IMG/VR virus record: IMGVR_UViG_3300033232_000078
DNA: 64,000 bases
Direction: 5' to 3' (one strand)
Origin: a virus
Positions 56,601 through 64,000 of this stretch are shown piece after piece. Every line of letters starts with the position of its first letter. Position 1 is the stretch's first letter. The translations under genes were made by a program, and so were the position numbers. The notes below the pieces were generated by a model. It saw only the letters and a program-made list of their open reading frames with translations, did not search any database and was not told where the DNA came from.

Positions 56601-57500
56601 GGGCGCGTCCACTGCAACCGGCTGCTTCGTACCATCAGCCTTTTCATAGACATACTGGATACCTTGCCCAACAGGCGCCATTGCCCCGCCCATCACGGCA
56701 CCTGAGAGGCCTGCCTCAAATCCCCGCTGCAGCATATCCCCAGCCGAAATATCCGTATATCCTGAGATATTGGATTCCAAATCCTGGGTACCTTGCGTTG
56801 CGGCTTCCTGCACGAACTCGGCCGCACCCAGCTTAACCACCCGCTTTCCAAGCTTCCCAACCTCCATCAAGGCACTCAGCCCAGGAGCTTCGAGCGCTGT
56901 GGAAACCGCCCCGACAATGCCGGCACTCCGGGTCGCCTGCTCATCCGTCGCACCTTCCTGCAAGGCCTCACCGTACGCCCCGCTGGCCTCGAGCGGATAG
57001 TTTGCACCAAGCCCCACCGCCATCGAAGCCGCCGGATTCCGGGTTGCCGCATAAGTCGCAAGTCCTGCGGTACTGGGCAAAATGCTCTCAGCCGCACCAC
57101 CAACAACCCGATCAAACATCGAGTGCTCAGCCCCCTCAGGCCGCTGCCGCCCCATATCCGCAGCATGGAGGTTGCGATTCAGCCTGGCTTCCTCAAAGCT
57201 CGCAATGTCTTTTTTGCGATCCTGCTGAAGTTTTGATGCCCTGGGGCTGGCCTTAATCGCATCCTGGTACTCGGGCTTATCCAGCCACTGATCCGCCGGG
57301 TCAACCCGGTTCGCGTACAGCTTAAGGTTCGCCGCCGTCAGTGGTAAACTTTGCGCCATCCGAGCCGGGAAGGTCTTCACGGACTCCATAACCGAAGGCC
57401 CCTTGGGAGCCTCGTCCGGGTCCACAAAGCTCATTTCGTCGGGATCAACAAACCCAGTTGCTTTGGGCTTGCCCACTTCATCAGGATCAATAAAAGCCAT
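50652..57500 (-). CDS. 2282-aa polyvalent ejection protein (second copy)
   Basis: Identical to 6570-13418. Confidence 0.8.
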   Translation of the reverse strand: MAFIDPDEVGKPKATGFVDPDEMSFVDPDEAPKGPSVMESVKTFPARMAQSLPLTAANLKLYANRVDPADQWLDKPEYQDAIKASPRASKLQQDRKKDIASFEEARLNRNLHAADMGRQRPEGAEHSMFDRVVGGAAESILPSTAGLATYAATRNPAASMAVGLGANYPLEASGAYGEALQEGATDEQATRSAGIVGAVSTALEAPGLSALMEVGKLGKRVVKLGAAEFVQEAATQGTQDLESNISGYTDISAGDMLQRGFEAGLSGAVMGGAMAPVGQGIQYVYEKADGTKQPVAVDAPGVDAKVAMEELDALAGRIKEDYTPPQSLETLTPEQAAEADARLEQLTKGIEAPAAESGPDMVRTLDELFQDSTSQDVGGMSPEVMERRAGEEGPSTVPHSQRIFDSSSDARMDGLTPLQVGFLSPGVVTGLIARNDERNYPSGMRRALNDSVQQWVRKYMPNARIIINYDSLSDTSTFGAYQRAVDTKGNIIHVITPREMPSLKYQGGGNSQTRMESLTALSHEFGHGMAEEAFFEGLKARVGEEVKNTIQSITKLGNATPEQLSALAETAPLEVGLVQEWLDTKQRVESGVMTAKEWLDTWAGPRKHGAGIKKENTQNMDPYEWARKRVPQGKTLEGSSAKDLIESAFPGGMKYALSFDEYFAEQMSRAAYAKGDLAQSPLNKFFSDIIGKLRDFFTMLKKEGVIKPGVKFNEWLEDLTAKNAAMKRRPRGAQQLSKEVQAKQAELRENARKNLGLDEVVEQAPLQAPEPAPIEVTPPQAELATGVEAKGLMLQELDKMIADGEVEADSLTVRSIRHRISIGAYEEAREKMRALQDSLLFDREYTTRAIQRLPNKAQVKLETIKALMNQQTLRKQDQQALKQIFEAAETEGLPSVPREDVVAWVMDRVLPLKFRNVSPDEFAYNETGWDAMQENPARAATWVLAAPLRVSRERALGDKSFRDHWQDSPDVVAHIRVNAPVDIPGKVIIGELQADLMAKANQIFEPLEAEYDPEYNPEMRDEGFKKLDALRQRWYERVLQETLGKLAEIGQKAALLPLRSAVMAIQGFKEPLTREQFASEEQRADPQFQETLANAERIYAEQLSGQTATIDFYEKTIQGFLKAEKYKVQKVKRNGLDYLEVDLTDKRSSLVVHWDRENPASPNIPLAHTQDSAGVEGQAQIEDAIQAFEKDGTQSVFFKRWLGQSKLLNAATQEPLRYWYRTGQVALVGETPVYSLSANWRNPAWGLQDIRDLRDYFVKMENPMRVEYPGQAVTSTDMQSLVKQAQAAGHDGVVLKNTGMPFEDTQVLVWDASQLADGQLEGQMQKEYFDLESPVQAQAHETLTGPIKEFLAKPWTLGVALAGKAFDQLVQMQQRAVIPLYGNEFDLPMQSMVKAVNMAETFKSQLQVQGEQVAKEILTLGIAKQNLIDGFLSAEWKAGKHWTALAEDRHGRLVFQPSELFREQLRQHGIDPQTDDGQHLAQLILDYKNAAQVQFEHQRQILFELAVSKYEGNDLVIARIHQKIKETFAKLNETPFMPQGHFGNYVVIVKESQKKNGKKYAPVHIEHFESEESFKKASEYWLQKQDENPQQYKVSTKEFKDFDGIPVNLPVSMLQNFQDTGLFSEEQIAAAAELMQPDMVDKIAKRFEDATSKLDGASKDFVRNYADFIWHNANFTWKLRYRANFTRAIQWQQYEIRELHKSQGMPAAERAKLIALRRRNLKMMENTKSYMLYPTQEFQGVRLWVTLMMLAYNMKTALLNFSTMLNTGAAMTTEYGELKGSRYMVSAMHDLIKYKMDTAGWISEAKDNAEMIRRNAFSSVMNDAIRDGIIDQSYAYFLAGQSTSSAMLRHFRRTTMGHMARQFIETGMWTFRTVEKLNRASTLMSFFSAEFDRLRNNGMKFEMARQQAYENAKSKTLLLQNAYDAGNRSQFLRGKKAVMFIFLSYVQFMGWIMSGGYERGQRAQFRAEGRAVRPWVFGTTAKLWLMFLLLSGLEGLPFGSNILDMLQAIWRKLSGGDNIRLEMRRFFKEYGMDSNLVMNGLLHNAGGLDLSGSFGLGQIIPGTEMLNRNYDDVGELLGKGAVEVSGPAGGVLEDLIKVTMLAPKVVGGRATVPEMLKELPGATGAMGRALDAYHKQTLRPTYGVTGKGGERIVKDLETGNFRDLSDYELAMMALGGNPAVLAVNRERKFSETGEIIYWRSRRAGLLESYRKAVWEKDLDKRKASQSAIDEYNEQVPDFKMKISVKDRMESVRNMRKRNRKLDRGDSTEKRYRSVIKDVGESF
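56523..56561. promoter_or_regulatory. Palindrome site 2 (second copy)
   Basis: Identical to 12441-12479. Confidence 0.8.
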
Positions 57501-57515
57501 AGCAGTTCCTTTTTA

Positions 57516-58619
57516 TTAGTTGCCGAATTTCTCGTTAGCTCTGCGCTGAATCTCTGCGAGCGGTACATTCGGATTCGCGGCCTTTGCGCGTTGAATCCAG
57601 TCAGCCTTTTGGGCTGTCGTTGCCTTGGTGCCACCCCGGCCAGTCGCAGGCGTCACCCCACCTTGCTGCCGACCTTTAATCAGCCGGTCAGCTTCTGCCA
57701 GCAAAGCATTCCGCTCATCATCATCCTCAGTCAGCTCAGCCAGTTTCAGCAAATCCGCGGCGCTGTTAGTCTTGCTGGTGCTTTGCACTCCAAGAGTGGC
57801 TTGGGCAATCCGCTGGTCATAAGCCGCATCCGTTTCCCCGGCTTCCTTGGGATTCGCCCGGCGCACGAGTTCCTCCACATCCCGCTTGGCTTGCCCCGCC
57901 GCAGGGATCTTATTGGCGTTGATACGGTCAGTTTTGACCCGCTCATTCCGGGCCCAGATTGCACTTTCCTTGTCTTTCTTGGTGAGTTCCCACGCCGCCT
58001 TCAGGTTCCCGTTTTGAAATTCTTGCTCAACCAGTTTAGCATCTTCAACAAGACCTTTGCGCTTAAGGTTTGCGATACCGAGTTCAATTTCCTCAATAGC
58101 TTGCCCACGGGTTTTCGCATAGAAGTTATTCGAAGCTTCAGCTTTTTCAGCATCGGCAGTACCTTTACGAATATCCAATTCATGCTTTTGATCCTCCATC
58201 CCTTGCTTGCGTTGCTTGTCCCTGGCATCCAGCTGGTTCTGCTTCAACATCTGGTTCGTCATCACCCCAGTCGCTGCGGCATTTCCGAATTGCTGTCCGA
58301 CGGATTGCCCAGGCTGACGCCCCTGCAGCAGCTTCAGCCCAACCATCATCATGATATCCTTGGCATTCGGCTGTGCCATCAGCCCGTCCAGTAAGGTCCG
58401 CCAACCCTGCTTGCGTTGCTCCAGCTCCGCTGGGTCCTGGGTAGGTTGTTGCGGCATAGCAGTACCTTGCGCACCTGCACCTTGGGGGGCCACCTCAGGC
58501 ATACTGGGCAACGGCGCAGGCACGGCGCCCCCTTGCGGCATCCCCGGCACATAGGGCATTTGCTGGGGCTGAGCCTGCCCTTGCTGTGCCTGCATGATAA
58601 TATCTTGAAAGTTAGCCAT
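57516..58619 (-). CDS. Ejection protein (second copy)
   Basis: Identical to 13434-14537. Confidence 0.65.
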   Translation of the reverse strand: MANFQDIIMQAQQGQAQPQQMPYVPGMPQGGAVPAPLPSMPEVAPQGAGAQGTAMPQQPTQDPAELEQRKQGWRTLLDGLMAQPNAKDIMMMVGLKLLQGRQPGQSVGQQFGNAAATGVMTNQMLKQNQLDARDKQRKQGMEDQKHELDIRKGTADAEKAEASNNFYAKTRGQAIEEIELGIANLKRKGLVEDAKLVEQEFQNGNLKAAWELTKKDKESAIWARNERVKTDRINANKIPAAGQAKRDVEELVRRANPKEAGETDAAYDQRIAQATLGVQSTSKTNSAADLLKLAELTEDDDERNALLAEADRLIKGRQQGGVTPATGRGGTKATTAQKADWIQRAKAANPNVPLAEIQRRANEKFGN

Positions 58620-58624
58620 GATGC

Positions 58625-59158
58625 TTATCTCCCGTAAAGCAGTTGCGCCAGCGTCGGGCGACCCTGTTGGGCTTGTGCCTGAAGCATTTGCGGATCACGC
58701 ACTGAGGTACCGCCCTGTAGGCTTGGCGGATTCGGCGCACGGGGCTGCCCCTGACCCTGGTTCTGACCTTGACCCAGTAACTGCATCATCTGCATAGCCT
58801 GCAAGCCAGCGCCCATTGCATTTCCACCTTGTCCGAACTCCAGCGGAGCCGCCGGCGCCTGTTGCATCCCAGGATCAGGTTGTGCCATCCCAGGAACCTG
58901 ACTCATTTGGGGAGGCGGTACCGGGGTCAGTGCACTTCCATCCGGACTCGGTTGCATTGGGACCTGCCCAGGAGCCCCGGCCTGTTGAAGCATCCCCGAG
59001 AAGCTGCCCGGCGCGCCCGGAACCTGGCTCATTTGTGGGGCACCCTGACGCCCGACCTGCGCCAGCAATTCCGGGGGAGGTGCACCTTTGTTGGCAAGCA
59101 TATCCACCAGGGATTCCCGATTTTGGGGTTGTGTCAGTTGATTCATCCAATCCATCAT
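58625..59158 (-). CDS. Low-complexity ejection protein (second copy)
   Basis: Identical to 14543-15076. Confidence 0.6.
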   Translation of the reverse strand: MMDWMNQLTQPQNRESLVDMLANKGAPPPELLAQVGRQGAPQMSQVPGAPGSFSGMLQQAGAPGQVPMQPSPDGSALTPVPPPQMSQVPGMAQPDPGMQQAPAAPLEFGQGGNAMGAGLQAMQMMQLLGQGQNQGQGQPRAPNPPSLQGGTSVRDPQMLQAQAQQGRPTLAQLLYGR

Positions 59159-59170
59159 TTTCGTCTCTCC

Positions 59171-60082
59171 TTATCCAAGTAACGCACCAATAACTCCGCC
59201 GGCTACCGCACCCCAGGGACCGCCAACACTAAAGCCCGTAGCTGCACCACCTATGGCACCTCCCAAGCGGTTCCTCGGCGCTCCTGGCTGGGTTGTCGTT
59301 GTGGTCCCTTGACTCGACCCTCCGCCATAGACAAGGTTCGCCATGTTGTTGAGGGGCGCCCATTGTGAGTTGTATCCCCACATCGCCGCGTCAGATTCGT
59401 AGTTCGCATTAGCCTGCTGCAAATCTTCTTTCTGACCACCGACGCTCGACAGCCAGTTAACCGGCAGCATCCCAGTCTTCAGGGCTTCCGGCGCAAACAT
59501 CAAGGTTCTGGCAAAGGTATCCTGACCCTTGTCGTAGGCCGCCGTATACATCTTGCTCGAGACATCCCCGACTTCCTGCGCATACCGGCCGGCTGCAATG
59601 CCCTCGGCAACCCCTTGACGGCTGGAGCCAAACTGCCCAGCATCCACGCCGCCATCCCGAATCTGGCTCATTACGCCGCCAGAATCAGTATAGCTCTGGG
59701 TGATCGGTCGGATTGCACCTTCGACTGCCTTCGCCAGATACGGATTATTGTCCACATCCATCGAGGTGGTCAAGCCATAATTAACCCCTTGATTGATCTG
59801 GTCGATACCTTGCTGAGCGCCAAAAGCATTCTGCACGGCTAGGTTCTGAGCAGCCAAACTTTCCGGGCTAAAGGGAACGGGTTTCGCGCCCGGATAGGGG
59901 GAATTCGCAATCTTCGGCGCCGTTGTGTTGTATACCCGCAGCGCCTCGTCCATCACCTGGGTTCGGCGCGCAGCCTCTTCAGGTGAATAATTTAGCGTGG
60001 TCGAGGTACTCGTGGTGCTACCCCCGCCGCCATTAAAGCCCGGACGCCGCAGCCACCTTCTATGCTTTTCTGCTCCGTACAT
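59171..60082 (-). CDS. Pilot/ejection protein (second copy)
   Basis: Identical to 15089-16000. Confidence 0.7.
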   Translation of the reverse strand: MYGAEKHRRWLRRPGFNGGGGSTTSTSTTLNYSPEEAARRTQVMDEALRVYNTTAPKIANSPYPGAKPVPFSPESLAAQNLAVQNAFGAQQGIDQINQGVNYGLTTSMDVDNNPYLAKAVEGAIRPITQSYTDSGGVMSQIRDGGVDAGQFGSSRQGVAEGIAAGRYAQEVGDVSSKMYTAAYDKGQDTFARTLMFAPEALKTGMLPVNWLSSVGGQKEDLQQANANYESDAAMWGYNSQWAPLNNMANLVYGGGSSQGTTTTTQPGAPRNRLGGAIGGAATGFSVGGPWGAVAGGVIGALLG

Positions 60083-60085
60083 AGT

Positions 60086-60520
60086 TTATACTCCTGTCGG
60101 AAATCTGATAATATCGTATACTTTTTGAGAGCCGAAGCGACGATGATATCGCGTCATCTCGGGATGGGTCCAGGCCTCAAGATACGCGGCTCCGTTGACT
60201 CTGGCCCAGTTTGCTACATATCCCATAAAGCGCACGATGAACTTTTCAAAGCCAGCGCCAGCAGCGACCACGACCCGGATAACCTTGAATTGGGGATATT
60301 CCACATTCTCAGTTATCATACATCCGGTCACCTGCCCATCTGTACGGCCGACGAACAGGTGAAACTTTTCATTAGCAAAACCAATCGGGAAGTCGGACAG
60401 GGCTAACTCTCCTTGCATTTTCGGAAGCACATGCGCCACGAATCCTGCCACCAAGGGCCATTGCGCCAACGCGTCTTGCCCTACATGGTACGAAATTTCA
60501 AGCTTCATAGCTTTACCCAC
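60086..60520 (-). CDS. GNAT-like protein (second copy)
   Basis: Identical to 16004-16438. Confidence 0.55.
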   Translation of the reverse strand: MGKAMKLEISYHVGQDALAQWPLVAGFVAHVLPKMQGELALSDFPIGFANEKFHLFVGRTDGQVTGCMITENVEYPQFKVIRVVVAAGAGFEKFIVRFMGYVANWARVNGAAYLEAWTHPEMTRYHRRFGSQKVYDIIRFPTGV

Positions 60521-60753
60521 ACAGCAGAGCTAAACACATAAACGCCTCGGCCACTCCCCGGGTTCCAGCTTGTACCATCGGCAAAAACCACCAGACCTTC
60601 GCGCGGCTTCCCCGGCGCACTGTAACGCTCCACCAGCTGCACTGAGTCAAACGTCCGAGCTTCCAGGTCAAGTGCAAGCCTCTGAAGTTCGGATTCCACA
60701 AAAAGCCTGAGGCTTGCTAAATCCCCTTGCGGGGGTGTCCCTGGAACAAACAT
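60505..60753 (-). CDS. Hypothetical virion protein (second copy)
   Basis: Identical to 16423-16671. Confidence 0.6.
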   Translation of the reverse strand: MFVPGTPPQGDLASLRLFVESELQRLALDLEARTFDSVQLVERYSAPGKPREGLVVFADGTSWNPGSGRGVYVFSSAVWVKL

Positions 60754-60756
60754 GCT

Positions 60757-62328
60757 TTAATACCTCCCGCCGCCCTGCACCAAAAAGTCCATCGCTTCGA
60801 GTCTCCAGGTAGCATTCCCGCTTCCCGTGATCCTCCATGAAATATACCTTCCATTACGACCCATGCATAGTTCTGCATTCGTCCCGACAACATAGGGTTG
60901 AACCTCGCCCCAGTCAATCGGATCATTCAGGTTCATTTGCACGCCGATCTGGAACTCGAGCTGGGTGCCGTTCGCTGCGAGAATCTTCGGGCGGAGCTTG
61001 CTGATATGCTTCACTGCATCAGCAATATCCACGTTCTTCGGATCGGCGAAGTCAAAGCTTTGATGCTCCAACAGGGTCTGCATAGCGTCAGCCCCAATGG
61101 TTTCCCCCACATTCAGGGTGTAAAGTTTCTGTCCTATGGTATTCGCCACAACGCCGACTTTTCCGCGCAGGGTGAACGCCGACCAGCCTTCCCCGTCACC
61201 ATCCCAGTTCCCGCTATCCGAGTCCCAGCTTGCATCCGTCGGGTCAGGTGTAAATGCCGAGATAAGACTCTGCGCGAAAGGCAAGTCCCGCTTTGCCCAG
61301 GTATTCGTTTTCCAGTTCCACACATAAGCCAGGTTGGGCGGATACCCTGAGGTAGTCGAGATGCAAATCCAGACTTCTCGTTCAGCCGGGAACACCGCCA
61401 GATACGACTTGTGGTAATCCGATACTGAGATATTTGAGAACAGGTCCCGCCGCCATTTCTTGTTGATGATGGATTCCGCTTGCGTTCCGTCAAAGGCAAT
61501 CACATCGTCAGTCGTCAGTACGATATGCCGGCCCAGTACCTCAACCATACAGTTCCGCCCCAGAATGCCGCTTTCCCGAAGCACCGGACGGAACTTGAAG
61601 ATAAAGGGCGCCCCGACAAACTGCATCAGATACGTCGCATCTTCCTTATACACGACGAAATTATCCCCCATTGCGAGGCCATCAATGATGTGCCCAGGGG
61701 TATCCGACAGCGGGGTGTCACCGGCGTCCTTGGTCGGGTCAGTCACATCCCAGGTGCCAGGTACACTGCCCGGATTCGCTGGATGGCTCCACAGTACGTT
61801 GTGCGGAAACCCCAAGGTTCCATCGCTATGGTTCATCGCTACCAGGTAGTTTTTGAACGGGCGCAATGCTTGGGCGGTATAGCCAATCGGCCAGTTCGAC
61901 AGGTCCTTGAACAGGCCAGTAGACTTATCAAACTCCTGGGGGGCATCCGTGCCATTATTCAGGAAAGGAATGCCATGCAGCACACCGCCGGTCCAGACGT
62001 TACCAACCCCAGCCGAATATGGCGTCAGCACACCAAGAGGCTGCCGAGTCGCATCCGAGTATACCCCACTCAGGTAGTAATGAATCGCGGCTTGCCCCGC
62101 AAGAAACAACCTCTTAACGCCGTCGTTTTCCTGCGAGGATAGCAAGTAGTAAGGCGCAATCGGCGGGGTGCCGTATTGCTCAGCCATACCACCGGCCTTC
62201 TCAATAGCCCCATCCAGAAACCTGACGTTCCTGGCATCCGTGAAAACTCCCGGCGGAACTGCCTGGGCCGGCAAATCCCCAGCGCTACCGCCATTGGCGT
62301 CAAACTGATTAATGCGAAACCACGGCAT
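60757..62328 (-). CDS. Tail nozzle protein (second copy)
   Basis: Identical to 16675-18246. Confidence 0.75.
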   Translation of the reverse strand: MPWFRINQFDANGGSAGDLPAQAVPPGVFTDARNVRFLDGAIEKAGGMAEQYGTPPIAPYYLLSSQENDGVKRLFLAGQAAIHYYLSGVYSDATRQPLGVLTPYSAGVGNVWTGGVLHGIPFLNNGTDAPQEFDKSTGLFKDLSNWPIGYTAQALRPFKNYLVAMNHSDGTLGFPHNVLWSHPANPGSVPGTWDVTDPTKDAGDTPLSDTPGHIIDGLAMGDNFVVYKEDATYLMQFVGAPFIFKFRPVLRESGILGRNCMVEVLGRHIVLTTDDVIAFDGTQAESIINKKWRRDLFSNISVSDYHKSYLAVFPAEREVWICISTTSGYPPNLAYVWNWKTNTWAKRDLPFAQSLISAFTPDPTDASWDSDSGNWDGDGEGWSAFTLRGKVGVVANTIGQKLYTLNVGETIGADAMQTLLEHQSFDFADPKNVDIADAVKHISKLRPKILAANGTQLEFQIGVQMNLNDPIDWGEVQPYVVGTNAELCMGRNGRYISWRITGSGNATWRLEAMDFLVQGGGRY

Positions 62329-62330
62329 GA

Positions 62331-62936
62331 TTAAGTACCTGGGAAGTAGTCACTTAGCCGCTGCGCAATAAAGTACGCCCAGGCCTCACGACGGTTTGCG
62401 GTAAAGGCGCCAGTATGGTCTTTGTAAGCCATCCCAGGGCCGAACTTTGTGGCGTTGTGGCTGCAGTAATTCAAATGCTCCACCGCATTATAGGGGGTCT
62501 TAGCAATCCCTACCTTACCCTGGTCGCCCCACATATGCATAGGTAAAAACCTCGCCAAATCTACCCAGCGATCCTGCTCGCTATACACTGTCTCGACATG
62601 GGGAACGGGCGCAACTCTCCAGCGATCCAGCGCCGGATTAAAGTTAATAATCATATCGGGTCTGGCGCCCAGAGTTTTAGCCGCCATATAAGCAATCGCC
62701 GCGCCGTTGCTGTGCGTAACCCAGACTTCCCGTTCGCCCATAGTATTGGCTCGTGCAAATGCCAAGCGCTTTGCCACCCCAGGGTTTTTGAACCGGGCTG
62801 CCCAGAACCCCATGAAGCCATACGAAAACACTGAGACCAAGGCATCCGGCATAATCTTCTGAAGCACCGGGGCAAAGGCCGCAATGTTGTTGTTACCCTC
62901 GGGGGAATGAATCCCATGAATCAAGCGAATAATCAT
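62331..62936 (-). CDS. Alpha/beta-hydrolase (second copy)
   Basis: Identical to 18249-18854. Confidence 0.65.
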   Translation of the reverse strand: MIIRLIHGIHSPEGNNNIAAFAPVLQKIMPDALVSVFSYGFMGFWAARFKNPGVAKRLAFARANTMGEREVWVTHSNGAAIAYMAAKTLGARPDMIINFNPALDRWRVAPVPHVETVYSEQDRWVDLARFLPMHMWGDQGKVGIAKTPYNAVEHLNYCSHNATKFGPGMAYKDHTGAFTANRREAWAYFIAQRLSDYFPGT

Positions 62937-63319
62937 CAATAACTCCAGATTGTTGGGTGCGCGTGCTTCCGACTCATCCCAAGATGCAGGAACCGCCCTG
63001 CACCTTTTTGCTGAACCCCGACGCGCAGGATACCTTGATTCAAGGCGATCAGCAGAATCAAATGTGCCTCGCCGCCACGCACAGCAATATCCGCGCACAT
63101 GCCAGTCGTATGCTCGCCGACTGTGGATTTCTTCGCTTCAATCGGATGGGTTCGATCCCGATAGCCGGAACTGATTTTCATCGGATGCCCGAAGGCTTTA
63201 CGAATCTGATACAGCTTATCCATGAATTCCTTTTGCATAAGACACTTTCCCGTGTGCTTACATTTGAATTCGTTCTCCGTAAAGTACGGCGCGTACGCAC
63301 TCCAGTCAGTTACAATCAT
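62936..63319 (-). CDS. M15 endolysin (second copy)
   Basis: Identical to 18854-19237. Confidence 0.88.
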   Translation of the reverse strand: MIVTDWSAYAPYFTENEFKCKHTGKCLMQKEFMDKLYQIRKAFGHPMKISSGYRDRTHPIEAKKSTVGEHTTGMCADIAVRGGEAHLILLIALNQGILRVGVQQKGAGRFLHLGMSRKHAHPTIWSY

Positions 63320-63405
63320 TTCGCATCTCCCTTAAATAAAGACCCCAACCACAGCCCCAGCAGAATCCCAATATCAATCGCGATCCAGAAGCCGAACCAG
63401 CACAT
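63316..63405 (-). CDS. 29-aa hydrophobic peptide (second copy)
   Basis: Identical to 19234-19323. Confidence 0.55.
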   Translation of the reverse strand: MCWFGFWIAIDIGILLGLWLGSLFKGDAK

Positions 63406-63406
63406 T

Positions 63407-63709
63407 TCAGGGCTTCCCTAGAAGGCCGTTATTCGCACCCCCTATCCGCTCGACAATTCGATCCATCTTGCGATTGATCTCCCGGAGCTCCTCACGTAAC
63501 ACCGTCCGGTCTTCTCGAACGTCCCTGGAAAGTGCCTGAATCTCGGAGTCATGCCGCTGGACGGTTGACTTGAGATCCGAACCCCAGGAGAATATCGACA
63601 ACACTAAAGCAATCGTAGTCAGGATATGCGCTATGTTGATGGTGGTATCGACGCGGAATCTGGTCTGGTCGATCGTCCGGCGTTCCACGGTTTCGTGATC
63701 TTCGAGCAT
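63407..63709 (-). CDS. TM plus coiled-coil lysis-associated protein (second copy)
   Basis: Identical to 19325-19627. Confidence 0.6.
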   Translation of the reverse strand: MLEDHETVERRTIDQTRFRVDTTINIAHILTTIALVLSIFSWGSDLKSTVQRHDSEIQALSRDVREDRTVLREELREINRKMDRIVERIGGANNGLLGKP

Positions 63710-63711
63710 AT

Positions 63712-64000
63712 TCAGGCTTTCTTCAGGGTTAGTCCGGCTAGAAGTTGCTCCGGATTGGCTAAAAGATCGGCGAGTGCCGGGGCATTTTGCTGCATATTCA
63801 TCAGAGATTCAACGCTGCCATTTCCCTGGGCCTGGAGTTGTTGTTCCAGCCTGGCCTGGAAATGCACGGCTTCTTCAGCCTCAAACTGCTCTCGGGTGTA
63901 CTTGGGGAATTTCTGGAACTCCGCATAAAGACAATCAAGCTCACGCAAGGCATCATTCAGAAGCTTATTGATCCAGTTTCGGCTTTCCCGATCCTTAGCA
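63712..64000 (-). CDS. Coiled-coil protein, truncated by the window edge (second copy)
   Basis: Identical to the 3' part of 19630-20211. Confidence 0.55.
   Translation of the reverse strand, partial: AKDRESRNWINKLLNDALRELDCLYAEFQKFPKYTREQFEAEEAVHFQARLEQQLQAQGNGSVESLMNMQQNAPALADLLANPEQLLAGLTLKKA

Larger units (their letters stand above)
44083..64000 (+). repeat. Direct repeat of positions 1-19918 (second pass of the genome, offset +44082)
   Basis: cggcatggaagttctggcgg at 1 and 44083; every ORF in 1-19918 recurs with identical translation at +44082. Confidence 0.98.

Overview
The window is one complete 44,082-bp genome of an apparently lytic dsDNA podovirus-type phage, followed by an identical second pass over its first 19,918 bp (pos 44083-64000 = pos 1-19918, offset +44082). 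This is most simply a circular contig wrapped past its end, or a concatemer. Two divergent arms start from a control region at about 35.07-35.42 kb. The + arm holds small early genes behind sigma70-type promoters, then a Cas4-like exonuclease, AAA ATPase, SSB-like protein, ParB-methyltransferase fusion, a UDG-fused family A polymerase split into two ORFs, a DUF3987-type helicase and an HTH protein. The - arm holds TerS, a nuclease, TerL, HNH-AP2, portal, scaffold, capsid, a glycosyltransferase, tail/appendage proteins, adaptor, lysis cassette, nozzle, a GNAT-like protein and ejection proteins ending in a 2282-aa polyvalent protein. I recognised no integrase, RNA polymerase, primase, tRNA, CRISPR array or reverse transcriptase. 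The most striking unexplained structure is non-coding. (i) Six dispersed 39-bp 16-7-16 palindromes (core GGGGCGYATAA-N7-TTATRCGCCCC), one inside a coding sequence. (ii) A second palindrome, TGCATWATGCA, upstream of two paralogous early genes. (iii) About 16 ATGCAT sites packed into 4 kb of the early region of a phage that encodes a ParB-fused beta-class DNA methyltransferase. All protein family calls come from motif recognition by eye, not database searches.
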